From Octopus sinensis (taxonomy: Eukaryota): a stretch of DNA of 64,000 nucleotides. Positions 52,031 through 64,000 of this stretch are shown in pieces. Numbering within the stretch: position 1 is the first letter of the stretch; every line of letters starts with the position of its first letter. The position numbers and the translations under genes are program-made. The stretch lies in contig NC_043017.1 in NCBI RefSeq assembly GCF_006345805.1, forward strand, positions 21,948,001 through 22,012,000, read 5' to 3'. Below the pieces are notes generated by a model. The model was not told where the DNA came from. It did no database searches and saw nothing but the letters and a program-made list of their open reading frames with translations.

Positions 52031-53738
52031 ATAAAATATGCATTATTTTATTATTGGTGGGATCATCAGAAAACGCCCTTCATTTAGTGAGAGATGAAAA
52101 TCATTTAACATACACAGCATTTAGATACAAGCTACAATAAGTTAGTTACCTGCCTCTAATAACACAATAGTTGGACGAGCTTAACAAGAAGTTATGTAGT
52201 ATTTTGAGCCTGAATGATTGCCCAACAATACACACCATGCTATACAAGCTTGTTCAGTTACTGTATTATCAGAGACATGAAACGTATAGTAGCTAGCATT
52301 TAAATCTCGTGTATTTTAAATTAAACACACACACACATATAAATAAATATATAACTAAAGATATATACGCACACATGTGCACACAACATGTATGCATAAT
52401 ATTTAGTTGTATTTAAATAAGAATTACCATAATCTGTCTTGAATTCTTCACTATGATCCCCTTCAACGTTATCATTATTATGAAACAGCATCCTATTGAT
52501 TCGACACTCACTTCATCCCTTATTAGCATACGCTTGCTGGATGTCAATTCACTCTAAACAAACAAAGAATCTGCAAACATCTTTTAAACAAGGAGTTAAG
52601 TCAAAAAACGGCATCATGGAGCCAAAGTGGAATGAATTAACAACAGATTTTTCCCCAGCTATTAGCATAAACCAGGTTCAATGGATCTCTCTCTTTCTTT
52701 CACTCTCCTGAAACTTAAAACATAAAGTGGAGAATTTTACATAGAAACTTGAAAATAGCAAACCAGAAGAAGAAAACCTAAAGAGAAGATAAAAAAAACA
52801 TATTTTTAAAAATAGGTTTTCTAGATAATTGGTTCAAAGTAAAGGCATTAAAACATTTAATCTTCTGTTTTCATGATTCAAAATGATGCTCATCCTTCTT
52901 CTGACACCTTGTTAATTTTCTAAAATTCTAACCTATTTAGACCTGCCATTCTTCATTAAAACAGTGTGTACTGGCTATGGATGTAGCTGCCAAAATAGAA
53001 CTAATTTTATATGTCGATTCTTCCTTCACCAATTCCAAAATACATCGAAAGGCATGACAGCCAACTGGAAGAGGTCATTTCTAAATTTAGTCTGTGATTT
53101 ACTTAACACTTAAAAACCACAAGTCAAACAACAACAATAACAAAAACAAAAAATAAAATAGAATACACAAAAAAAAAAAACAAAACAAGATTCTGTCCAT
53201 TAATAACTTATTTCTGAGCAATGGATGCTGTAGGAGTTAACCCCTTGTCAAAAAAAAAAAAAAAAACAGTCAAAATAATATCAAAATAAAATAAAATAAA
53301 ATAAACAAAAATGAAATGAAATAAAATAAACAAAAATGAATTTTCAAATAAAACCATATATTTGAAATTTGTCATGACAGAAGTCCAGCTGGTTTCCTGT
53401 TTAGGGCAGAGAGTATATGTTCTGACAAGTGTTCTTGGGAGTAAAAAATGGCTAATCACGCGATTGAGTTAAAGTTTGTTTGCATGGAAAGCAAAGACGA
53501 AGCGACACTGACTGACAGCCAGTGTATGTCTCATCAAATCTGACGTCTTGCTTTTATTTATCTAAAATACCAAGAGATGCTGTTTAAGCTTAGCAGGAGA
53601 AACACAGAAATAAGCTTGTTCTCGTCTAATATTTCTAAATATATATAAGTATATAAACATTATTACTGCTTGTATGCAGTGTGTGTCCGTGAATATGTAT
53701 GTATGTGTGTATGGGAATGTGTGTGCGTGTGTCTGTAA

Positions 53739-53770
<32 letters not shown>

Positions 53771-54399
53771 TTGTAAAAAGTAAGAGATTGTTAACACACA
53801 CACATACACACATAATATATATGTGCACACAAATACATATAAATTTATAAACACACAGACACACACATATATATATATGAATATATATATATATTTATAT
53901 ATATATTTGTAAAAAGTAAGAGATTGTTAACACACACACATACACACACGTATATATGTGTGCACAGAAATACATATAAATATATAAACACACAAACACA
54001 CACACATATGAATATATATATGAATGTGCATGTGTGTGTGTTGGTGGATGTATATATATATATATATATATACATGAATATACATTTGTGTATAAATACA
54101 TAAATATGTATATAAATAAATATAGTTGTGTGTGTATATATACATATATATATAATATATGGAGACATACATACATACATACATGTACACACATGTCAGA
54201 TGGTTAGTTTTTGTGTGTGTGTATGTGTGTGTATGTGTGTGTGCGTGTGTGTTTGAGCATAATATATAAATCAATGAAGACAAAGTACAGAGCCAGGTTG
54301 ACAGGGATGCTGGCAGACAGGCAGCCATGCACATGCATGTCTACATCATACATACATGTATGCTGACATATGTACATGTAAGCATGTTTGTATGCATGC

Positions 54400-55125
54400 A
54401 TGGGTATTGAGAGGATGGCAAGATTGACAGACAAGCAGACACACACACAAACATATGCACATATACATACATAAATACACAAATACAAACACACACACAT
54501 ATCTACAAACACTCATATACATTCATATACATTCATACACATTCATATGTACATTTATATACATACGCCCCACAAATACACACTTAAACAAATATATACA
54601 CACACATACAGTTATATGTATACAAACACACTCATACATATACATTTAAACAAATTCATGCATACATGCATACACACGTACATGCATACATACACACACA
54701 TACATACACACGTACATACATACATACACATACATACATACATATATACATATACATACATACATACATACACATACATACATACATACACATACATACA
54801 TACATACATATATACATAAACATACATACATACATACATACATATATACATACATACAAATACTGATACATACATATACATACAAGCATAAATAAATACA
54901 TACATGTAAACATACATACATACATACAGAAATACATAAATACATACATACATGCATACATGCATACATACATACATACATACACACACACATACATACA
55001 TACATACATACATACATACACACACACATACATACATACATACATACATACATACATACATACATACATACATACAACATACATGCATACATACACACAA
55101 ACACACACAGATACATAGACAGACA
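54400..55125. repeat. Long (CATA)n/(CA)n microsatellite
   Basis: Direct observation; source of several HT/MYVC pseudo-ORFs. Confidence 0.95.
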
Positions 55126-55628
55126 GAGATACAGCCATCCACACGAATCTTCAGTTTGCAGACTCTCGCATCAAACTGCTATAGTACACAAAACCTTTTA
55201 GTGATCCCACTGATGATGCCATGCATCAGGTTAGTAAGAAAAGGTACAAGGCACTGACCTCCATCAAATAAACCATTGCTTCCCTTTTATTGCAATCTCC
55301 ATAAATTTGAATAAACTGAATGATAGGTGAGCAACACTCTCTCTCTCTCTTTCTCTCTCTTTCTCTGTTTATTATCTTTTCTATCTCTTTAATATTGCAC
55401 TTGGACAAATTAACATTTCAAAAAAACAAAATGTAAATGAAAAGAAATAAATAAAAGATATATATATATAATTAGTTAATTATAGTTTAATTATTATAAT
55501 TATTAGTTAATTATCATAATTATTAAAACATTATTGTTGTTAAAACATCATCGTTATTATTGTGGTGTTGCTTTTCATATTTTAAATGTAGTCCTTAGAA
55601 TCCTGGGCCTTTGTAACCAACTGAAGAA

Positions 55629-55663
<35 letters not shown>

Positions 55664-55676
55664 CATTATTATTATT

Positions 55677-55868
55677 AAGGCGATGAGCTGGTGGAATCAT
55701 CAGCCTGTCAGGCAAAATGTTTGGCAGCATTTTGGCTGCCTTTATGTTCTGGGATCAAATTCTGCCAAGGTTGACTTTGCCTCTCATCCTTTTAGGGTTG
55801 ATGAAATAAGTACCCTTTGAGCACTGGGGTCGATGTAATCAACTAGTTCCCTTCCCCACATTTCAGGC
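55677..55868 (+). mobile_element. SINE family C (tail type 2)
   Basis: aaggcgatgagctgg...gactttgcctctcatcctttt...cttccccacatttcaggcctt. Confidence 0.8.
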
Positions 55869-55869
55869 C

Positions 55870-56025
55870 TTTAACAGTGAAAAATAGCTTAGGAATAAGA
55901 ACCCAGGTTCAAAATTTCCCCAAGACACCTGATGAAGGCTGGAGGGTATATCAGCTGAAACATTGTGCTAACAACAAACAAGATGAGGAAAAATATCTGT
56001 CAAATGTAACTAATGTAAATAATAA
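55870..56025 (+). mobile_element. Probable Penelope-type terminal repeat containing a minimal hammerhead-like motif
   Basis: GACAC-CTGATGA-A-GGCTG-loop-CAGCT-GAAA-CATT-GTGCT at 55924-55969. Confidence 0.6.
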
Positions 56026-56317
56026 TCTTCAACACTACACAATACTGTAAGTATTGTAGGGTTCCCAAACAGGTAATCTTGTGACAGATAATGTTGGAAC
56101 ATAGCTTAAATCTAGCTTCAGTGGGGTTCTTCATTAACTTGGTTCAATCCAAATCTTTTGATTGATTTAATTAATGGTACTTGACGTCAGTTCACAGCTC
56201 AACTAGTTTCTCTTCTTTTCAAAAGCTGAATCACTTCAGTTTACAATAAAATTTGTCCAGCAATTAGAGCAAATGGCTACCTACTTCCTCTACAATTTTC
56301 TGCCTCCTACCTCTGCA

Positions 56318-56643
56318 TATGTGTGAAGGCGCATGGCTCAGTGGTTAGAGCATCGAACTTACGATCGTGAGGTTGTGAGCTCGAATCCCGGACCGGGCTA
56401 CGTGTTGTGTTCTTGAGCAAGACACTTTATTTCATGTTGCTCCAGTTCACTCAGCTGTAGAAATGAGTTGCGGTGTCACAGGTGCCAAGCTGTATCACTG
56501 CACTGGTGGCATGGAGAGGGGAGGCCGGTATGCATGGGTGACTGCTGGTCTTTCATAAACAACCTTGCTCAGACTTGTGCCTGGGAGTGTAACTTTCTAG
56601 GTGCAATCCCATGGTGTGTGTCGTGACTGAAAGGGGGTCTCTC
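56318..56643 (+). mobile_element. SINE family D head with a third tail type, flanked by 35 bp direct repeats
   Basis: acttcctctacaattttct(g/a)cctcctacctctgca at 56283-56317 and 56644-56678. Confidence 0.88.
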
Positions 56644-56859
56644 ACTTCCTCTACAATTTTCTACCTCCTACCTCTGCAATTTACTGTGGCATACTACCAT
56701 TACAATTTCAAAATTTACTTCAACAGCATAGTACTGTTGCACTGCTGAACACAGAGGCCTTTATTTTTAACATTAAAGTGTTACCTGTCATGTGGTGGCT
56801 TATGTCGAGAAATCTTAAAAGGGATATTACACTGAGGATGATGTTAGATACTGGTTTCA

Positions 56860-59012
56860 AGCTGGCAGAAACATTAGCATGCTGGGCGAAATGCCTAGCA
56901 GTATTTTGTGTCTTTACGTTCTGAGTTCAAATTACACTAAGGTCAACTTTGCCTTTCGTTCTTTCAGGGTCGATAAATTAATTACCATTTGCGTACTGGG
57001 GTCGATCTAATCAACTGGCACAAGGCCAGCAATTTCAGTGGATGGGTGGGTCAACTGCATCGACTCCGGTACTCTATTGATACTTCTTTAATAAACAAAT
57101 AAATAAATTTATTAGTCCAATTTACATTGGATATTTTTTTTAGCGATTTCTATAAGACTACAAAAAAATTTTTTTTTCCTGAAATTGCATAAAAAATCGG
57201 ATTACTCCCTTTGGCAGCTTGGCTGACTTGGACAAGTTGGTAGGAGGTCAAAAAATAAAAAAATAAATAGATGAATAATTATATAAAAAAAACATCTTGT
57301 AATATATTATCTAATATGTCATTATTTTCTCTTTGGTTTAAAGATCGTAAGGTATGCTTTGAGTGAACTTTTGCTGCTATTTCTAGTAGATAAAATGAAC
57401 ATGTAAATCCTCAGGCTCCCCTATTAATTCAAATGATAATCTGTATTTGGTGGCGACTCAAAAATAAACTAAAGAGGAAAAAGGAGAAGCCTCTGCACTT
57501 AGCATTTTCCTGAGGAGCATAGCTACAACAAAAAGACAATGCAGATTACATAATATGTTGAAGAAGAAGATGCTTGAGGGTAATATGGTAATGTAAAGAG
57601 GAGGAGAAGAAGGAGACCAGGAAGGGGAAAGGGTTAATTTGAAGTGGAGAGCACATGCATTAACCAGTTAAAGCTCTATTCACCACAAAACCAGATAACT
57701 GTGAATTAGAAGCAGAATTGGCAAATAGCTTCTTGGTTGCTTCATCCGTCTTACAGTTCACGTCACCTTTATCATCATTGTCTTTGCCACCACCACCCCT
57801 ACCACCACCAACACACCAGCCCCATCATTGTCTCTTCAAAATTTATTCGTTTTTATAATTCAAATATTAAAAATAAAAATAATGACACCAGTGGCATCAT
57901 CATCATCAACAACATAAGTACTATTACTACTACTACTAATGATTTCTTTATTGCCCACAGGGGGCTAAACATAGAGAGAGGGGACAAACAAAGACAGACT
58001 AAGGGACTGCATCGACCGCAGCGCGTAACTAGTACTTATTTAATTGGATGAAAAGCAATATCGACCTTGGCAGAATTCGAAATCCGGACATAAGACAGAC
58101 GAAATACTGCTAAGCGTTTTGCAAAAAAGTGCAAACTTTTCTGCCAGCTCACTGCCTTAATAATTGTAATAATGAAGGTGGCAAACTGGCAGAAACGTTT
58201 GCATGCTGGGCGAAATGCTTAGTGGTATTTTGTCTGCTGCTACGTTCTGAGTTCAAATTCCACCGAGGTCGACTTTGCCTTTCATCCTTTCGGGGGTCGA
58301 TAAATTAAGTACCACTTACGCACTGGGGTCGATGTAATCGACTTAATACCTATGTCTGTCCTTGTTTGTCCCCTCTGTGTTTAGCCCCTTGTGGGTAATA
58401 AAGAAATAGGTATTTTGTCTGCTGCTACGTTCTGAGTTCAAATTCCGCCGAGGTCGACTTTGCCATTCATTTTTTGGGGGTCCAGTAAATAAGTACCAGT
58501 TATGCACTGGGGTCGATATAATCGACTTGATCCGTTTGTCTATCCTTGATTGTCCCTTCTGTGTATAGCCCTTTGTAGGCAGTAAAGAAATAAGAAACAT
58601 TAGCATGCTGGGCCAAATGCTTAGCAGCATTTCGTTGCCACTACATTTTGAGTTCAAATTCCGCCAAGGTCAACTTTGCTTTTCATCCTTTCAGGGACGA
58701 TAAATTAAGTACCAGTTATGTACTGTGGTCGATCTAATCAACTGATCCCCCCCCCCCCATCTTCCAAAATTTCACGCCTTGTGCCTAGAGTAGAAAAGAA
58801 TAATCCTTTCTTGTATAAGCACATGGCCTGAAATTTGGTGGAAGGGGAGAGTTGATTACATTGACCCCAATATTTAACTGGTACTTATTCTATCAACTGT
58901 GGAAGGACAAAAGACAAAATCGACCTCAGCAGAACTTCAACTCAGAACATAAAGACGGCTGAAATTCCACTAATATTTCATCTGGCGTGGTAATGATTCT
59001 GCCAGCTCACCA
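56860..59012. mobile_element. Cluster of six SINE family C copies in mixed orientation
   Basis: + 56860-57080, - 57950-58158, + 58175-58390, + 58391-58595, + 58596-58800, - 58820-59012. Confidence 0.88.
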
Positions 59013-59626
59013 CTATACTAAACATAATAATAATGGTGATTTTCTTTATCTTTTGAAGTTCATGTAACTGAATTTACTTTAATCCTGATTATTATTACCA
59101 TTGCAATATATTAGGCTTAATACTGAACATTGGGTCGGCTAGTAATATAACTATATATTTATATATATAAGTGATCATGCATTTGTGTGTCTATGTGTGT
59201 GTTGTTTGGATGAGTGTATATATGTATCTATGTATGTATTTATATTCCATTTATTGATCTGATGTTAGCATTCCCCTTAAATGGTTAATATGAATCTAAA
59301 ACTTTGTATAACAACCCCATTAATGTTATTTTTTTGTGTTCAAGACTCTCCCAGTCTTTTTGTCTTTCCTTCTTTAATTATTTTCTGAGTTATTAACAAA
59401 CATGTGATAACTTTGGCTACATTTTTCTTCTTGTGGTGGCAAAAATGATTTTTTTTTTGACATTTCTTTTAATATATATATTCAAATATCTTTGGTATTT
59501 TCCCTCCCCAATATAAGTAATATAGAATGAGAGAGGATCACAGAAGGGACTTCTGTTCAGTAATTATATTATTGTGGAATTATCATGGTTGTCATTCATC
59601 ATTTTTATTATTACTATCATCATCAT

Positions 59627-59945
59627 CAGTGATGGACTGGGTCTAAATATATTGGTTGCCAGGAGACTAAATGGGCCCACCTGCAACTACAAGGGGATCC
59701 ACCTGCAGCTACAATGCTATCATTTAATTTTTTCTTTTTTTTGTTAAAAGTATTCTTTCTAACTGTCTACAAACACAGCCAGGCTGAAATAATTAATTAA
59801 TTCTTCCAGGAGTGAATAAAAAATTCTCAAACTTGATGGGATGGGCCCCTTAGATACTGACATGGGCCCTCCCATATATGGATTCTAGTGGCGCAGGGGC
59901 TCACTTGCCATCGGGCAAGCTGACAACTTGGCCAGTCCACCACTG
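59627..59945. mobile_element. hAT-type MITE (319 bp)
   Basis: TIR CAGTGATGGACTGG / CCAGTCCACCACTG (1 mismatch); 8 bp TSD atcatcat / atcctcat. Confidence 0.85.
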
Positions 59946-60197
59946 ATCCTCATCATCATCTCATTTTCATCATCAAGATGGCCGGCTAAAAGAATCATTA
60001 GAGCATCAGACAAAATGCCAAAAGGCGTTTCTTCTGTATATTTCAAGCTCAAAACTTTTCAAGAGCAACACTTTAACATTTATCCTTTAGAGGTCGATAA
60101 AGTAAAGAACTGATGTTTATTAAAGTTGAGAGTCTTGATTAAGATCCTACCCTTCAGAACTGCTAGCCTAGTGTCTAAATTAGAACTAATTTTTCTT

Positions 60198-60415
60198 CTT
60201 GAAAAGCATATTAAGAACATTGGAGCTGCTGTCAGGCTCGAGATGATCCAGAAGTCAGTATTGTTGGGTACGGCTCACATTCTAAGGAGAGTATTATCTC
60301 TTTGGGTCACAGGAGAAAGCACTACTTGAAACCATTGGTGATTTGTTGTTGCCTGCTTTCAAGTAAGGAATAACCAGTAATTAAGAACTGAGAGGCTTTC
60401 ATAATAACAATAATG
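60198..60415 (+). pseudogene. 3' end of a non-LTR retrotransposon with restriction-like endonuclease (R4/Dong-like)
   Basis: LEKHIKNIG..VRLEMIQKSVLLGTAHILRRVL matches the conserved C-terminal LQK.ALLGTAHILR.VL motif; short UTR, then an AAT tail. Confidence 0.8.
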
Positions 60416-60780
60416 TGCATCTCTGATCACAAGCAGAAGTAGTGGGGGAGCATCATAGCCATGTGTTGAGAGGACTTCCTTGGGGGTTTGGATAATTCAC
60501 CTTTGGAAATATGGGTGTTTTGTTCATCATCCTTAAACTTTATTCAAGAACCTTTTGAGCAGGATGGGCTACTTGACCTGAAGAAAATTCCAAATGGGCC
60601 CCACCTACAAGGTCATGCACTGTCTATCTTGATGTGAGATCACCATGTCTTGCACCTATGGTTGTGATGCATGTGCCTGGTGTGCTCTTATCAGATGGGT
60701 AGTCATGATGGGTAAACTGGGCTTTGTAAATTTGCACCCCAGTATCACTTTGATGGCATGCACTGCTCTCTCACTCAATA

Positions 60781-60835
<55 letters not shown>

Positions 60836-60838
60836 TAA
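60416..60838 (+). mobile_element. Retroelement 3' region ending in (AAT)n
   Basis: GC-richer block ending gcactgctctctcactc(aat)n. Confidence 0.55.
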
Positions 60839-61007
60839 TTCGTTCGTTTATTGGCCACAAGGGCTAACAAAAATCAATTAAAACATAAAGGGACAAAACA
60901 CAGGACGAAAGTTACAAAGGGTTTTGTCCATTTGAAAAAGTCCGTGTACAAAAGCAGGATGACAACGAAAAATAAAAACAATTAAAACTCCCAATAGAGG
61001 GAGGCGC
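60839..61007 (-). mobile_element. LINE-like 3' UTR fragment inserted in (AAT)n
   Basis: Minus strand ends ttgtccctttatg...tagcccttgtggccaataaacgaa; AAT runs on both sides. Confidence 0.6.
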
Positions 61008-61729
61008 AATAATAATAATAGACTTGTTGTATTTAGTGCTTAGATGCACTGCAGTTCATTGGAAAAGGGTAAAAGAGGGGACAGAAAGCAGAAATAAGTC
61101 AAGTAAAGAGAGACAGCAATAGAAGTCAAAAGTACGTGTGTAGTAGAGAGGAAAAGAGACAAAGAATATTTTTATCCACTTTAAATCGCTCTACTGCCAG
61201 ATACATATGTGTCCTTGCCGACATATATGCAAATTTATGGGTATGCATGAGTAGATTTATGGTTAACTGCCTGTCTCTTGATCTGCATATATTCTATATT
61301 GAATAGAAAATCTAGAATGAATACACAAACTGTACAAAATTCTGAAGTCATAAAACTAAAAACAAAATGTGTCGTTTTAAATATAAAATGAAAATTTACA
61401 AAATAAAAAGGAAAGAATTATGAAACGAGTACAACATGTTATTTTTTCCTCTTTTGTAGAAAATATTTTTATCGCTTTGTGTGTGTGTGTGTGTGTGTGT
61501 GTGAGTTTGCTGCTGATTATTTTTGAAAGAGATCCTGAAATCAGAGGAACTTTTTGTTTAAAGATGACATCCGTTGATCTATTTCAATAGATAGCATAAA
61601 TTATGTTCACCATCACACACACACACACACACATCTACACATCTACCTCAGTTGATATATATAACTTACGTATGTGTATTATGTAGGAGTGTGTAGATAA
61701 AGTAAGTGATGTATGTGTGTATGCATATA

Positions 61730-61801
<72 letters not shown>

Positions 61802-62324
61802 CATATATATTTATATATATATATATATATATGTATATGTATATATATATGTATATATATATATATACATATATATTTATATATATATATGTATATAATA
61901 TATACATATATATTTATATATATATATTTGTATGTATTGTGTATGTATGTATGTATGTATGTATGTATGTGTGTGTATGTATGTATGTATGCATGTATGT
62001 GTGTGTGTGTATTTCAAAACAAAGGCTGGGAAATTCCGTGTATTTTTAAATCAAAGCTTTGCACTTCTGTATCTAACTGTGCACTCACACACATTCCCAT
62101 GCACACTTGATTTTCGACATCTCTGTTATGCGTTGCACATTACAGAGGGGCCATAACTGGGCAAAGAGCAAAACACTGAAAAAAATTCCATGAGAGGATA
62201 AAGGCGGTGGCAGCATGGGGGAATCAGCTCAGTGAAAACCTGCTGCAAGAGGCACCCATTGTTCCCTTGCTTAGGGGCAAAAACACGCAGGATCTTATCG
62301 GGAGTAATAGGCTGCATCCATGCA

Positions 62325-62538
62325 GCTCTTACTCTTTTACTTGTTACAGTCATTTGACTGCAGCCATGCTGGAGCACCGCCTTTAGTCGAGCAAATCGAC
62401 CTCAGGACTTATTCTTTGTAAGCCTAGTACTTATTCTATCAGGCTCTTTTGCTGAACCGCTAAGTTACGGGGACGTAAGCACACCAGCATCGATTGTCAA
62501 GCGATGTTGAGGGGACAAACACAGACACACAAACATAT

Positions 62539-62571
<33 letters not shown>

Positions 62572-62800
62572 CGACGAGCTTCTTTCAGTTTCTGTCTACC
62601 ACTTTCTGACAAGTTGTGGTGCACCTGAGCACTGTATACAATAATTTCATTATTATTATTATATTATTAAATCCACTCACAAGGCTTTGGTGGCCTGAGG
62701 CTATAGTAGAAGACACTTGCCCAAGATGCCACGCAGTGGGACTGAACCCAGAAGCATGTGGTTCGTAAGCAAGCTACTTACCACACAGCCACTCCTACGC
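62325..62800 (-). mobile_element. SINE family A, full length, with a 68 bp insertion (62601-62668)
   Basis: Consensus ctgtctacc|aaatccactcac is split by the insert. Confidence 0.92.
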
Positions 62801-62964
62801 CCATAGAGAAATTGTGTAGCAGCCATCGTGTGTGTGTGTGTGTGTGTTTTACATTTTTCAATATCTGTTTTACTACTTTGGCATGAGTTGGAGAAATATG
62901 TTCTTTGAAGCATTGTGTGGTACTGCTTCATTACTTCCTCAAAGATTCCATTGTGAAGGCTTAT

Positions 62965-63800
62965 GGCTAAGCTGTTAGAGTGCTTAGCTCAGGATCCTAA
63001 GATTGTGAGTGCGATTCCTGTTGGCATATTGTGTCCCTGAGCAAGACATTTTATTTCATGTTGCCCCATTCCACTCATCTGGCAAAAATGAGTGGGACCT
63101 GTAATTCAAAGGGGCCAGCTTTATGACATTCTGTATCATCCTGAGCTTCCCTGAAAACTACATTCTTTTCTACTCTAGGCACAAGGCATTAAATTTTAGG
63201 GGAGTGGGGCCAGTCAATTAGATCGACTCCAGTATGCAACAGGTACCTAATTTATCAACCCCAAAAGGATGAAAGGCAATGTTGAACTTGCCGTAATTTG
63301 AACTCAGAACATAAAGACAGACCCCTAAGCATTTTGCCCAGCATCCTAACTGCCCACAAGGGGTTACACACAGCGGGGACAAACAAGGACAGACAAAGGG
63401 ATTAAGTGGATTACATCGACCCCAGTTCGTAACTGGTACTTTATTTATCGACCCCAAAGTCAACCTTGGCGGAATTTGAACTCAGAACGTAGCAGCAGAC
63501 AAAATACCAATAAGCATTTTGCCTGGCGTGCTAACGTTTCTGCCAGCTTGCCACCTTTCCCTGAGGACTACATTAAGGGTGCATGTGCCTGTGGAGTGCA
63601 TTCTCAGCAGCACATTGAGTTCTTGAACAAGAAACTTTATTTCACTTTGCTCCAGCCAACTCATGCTGTATCTCCCTATGAAACTACGTTAAGGGTACAC
63701 ATGTCCATGGAGTACTCAGCCACTTGCACATTGATTTCACAAGCAGGCTGTTCTGTTGATTGGATCAAATGGAACCCTTATTGTCATAACCAAGAGACTG
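62965..63800. mobile_element. Interleaved SINE D (+) pieces and two SINE C (-) copies
   Basis: D head 62965-63160, C copies ~63180-63555, D tail pieces 63560-63800. Confidence 0.75.
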
Positions 63801-64000
63801 GCAGTTGTTGAATATTCCAACGTGCTTCTCCATCAATTATGGTTAATTCCATTCCTTGGCTCTACATCATGGATTTTTCACAACCCCATTTATGCTCACC
63901 TATTCCCGACTTAGCTCTTTCTCTTCTCATTAAGGTCTCCTTTAATGTTCCTCCATCCTGACCTTTGTAGGATCTCAGTGTCCTGTTTCTAACACCTTTT

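Noticed and set aside
52941-53110. Cys-containing open frame after tttag (LPFFIKTVCTGYGCSCQ…)
   Set aside because: Weak donor, no homology recognised, and length is within chance expectation.

Overview
AT-rich, repeat-saturated eukaryotic DNA with the repeat content typical of an Octopus genome (inferred from recognisable SINE/MITE families and dense (TA)n, (CA)n, (AAT)n and (CATA)n tracts). I cannot support any intact protein-coding gene, tRNA, rRNA or CRISPR array; nearly all listed ORFs are microsatellite or repeat artefacts. The window holds about 50 copies of four SINE-like families (my labels A-D), decayed Tc1/mariner transposases (mariner-type and one with DD41D spacing), hAT-, piggyBac- and Tc1-like MITEs, Penelope-like GIY-YIG remnants, and LINE 3' ends including an R4/Dong-like C-terminus. 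It also contains two ~1.38 kb tandem duplications that may be assembly artefacts. The most interesting signal is a set of minimal type I hammerhead-ribozyme-like motifs in Penelope-type termini. The best is a divergent pair at 4869-5048: both copies carry the compensatory U3-A8 core (UUGAUAA) and differ mainly in loops. All structure calls and alignments were made by eye and need computational and experimental confirmation.
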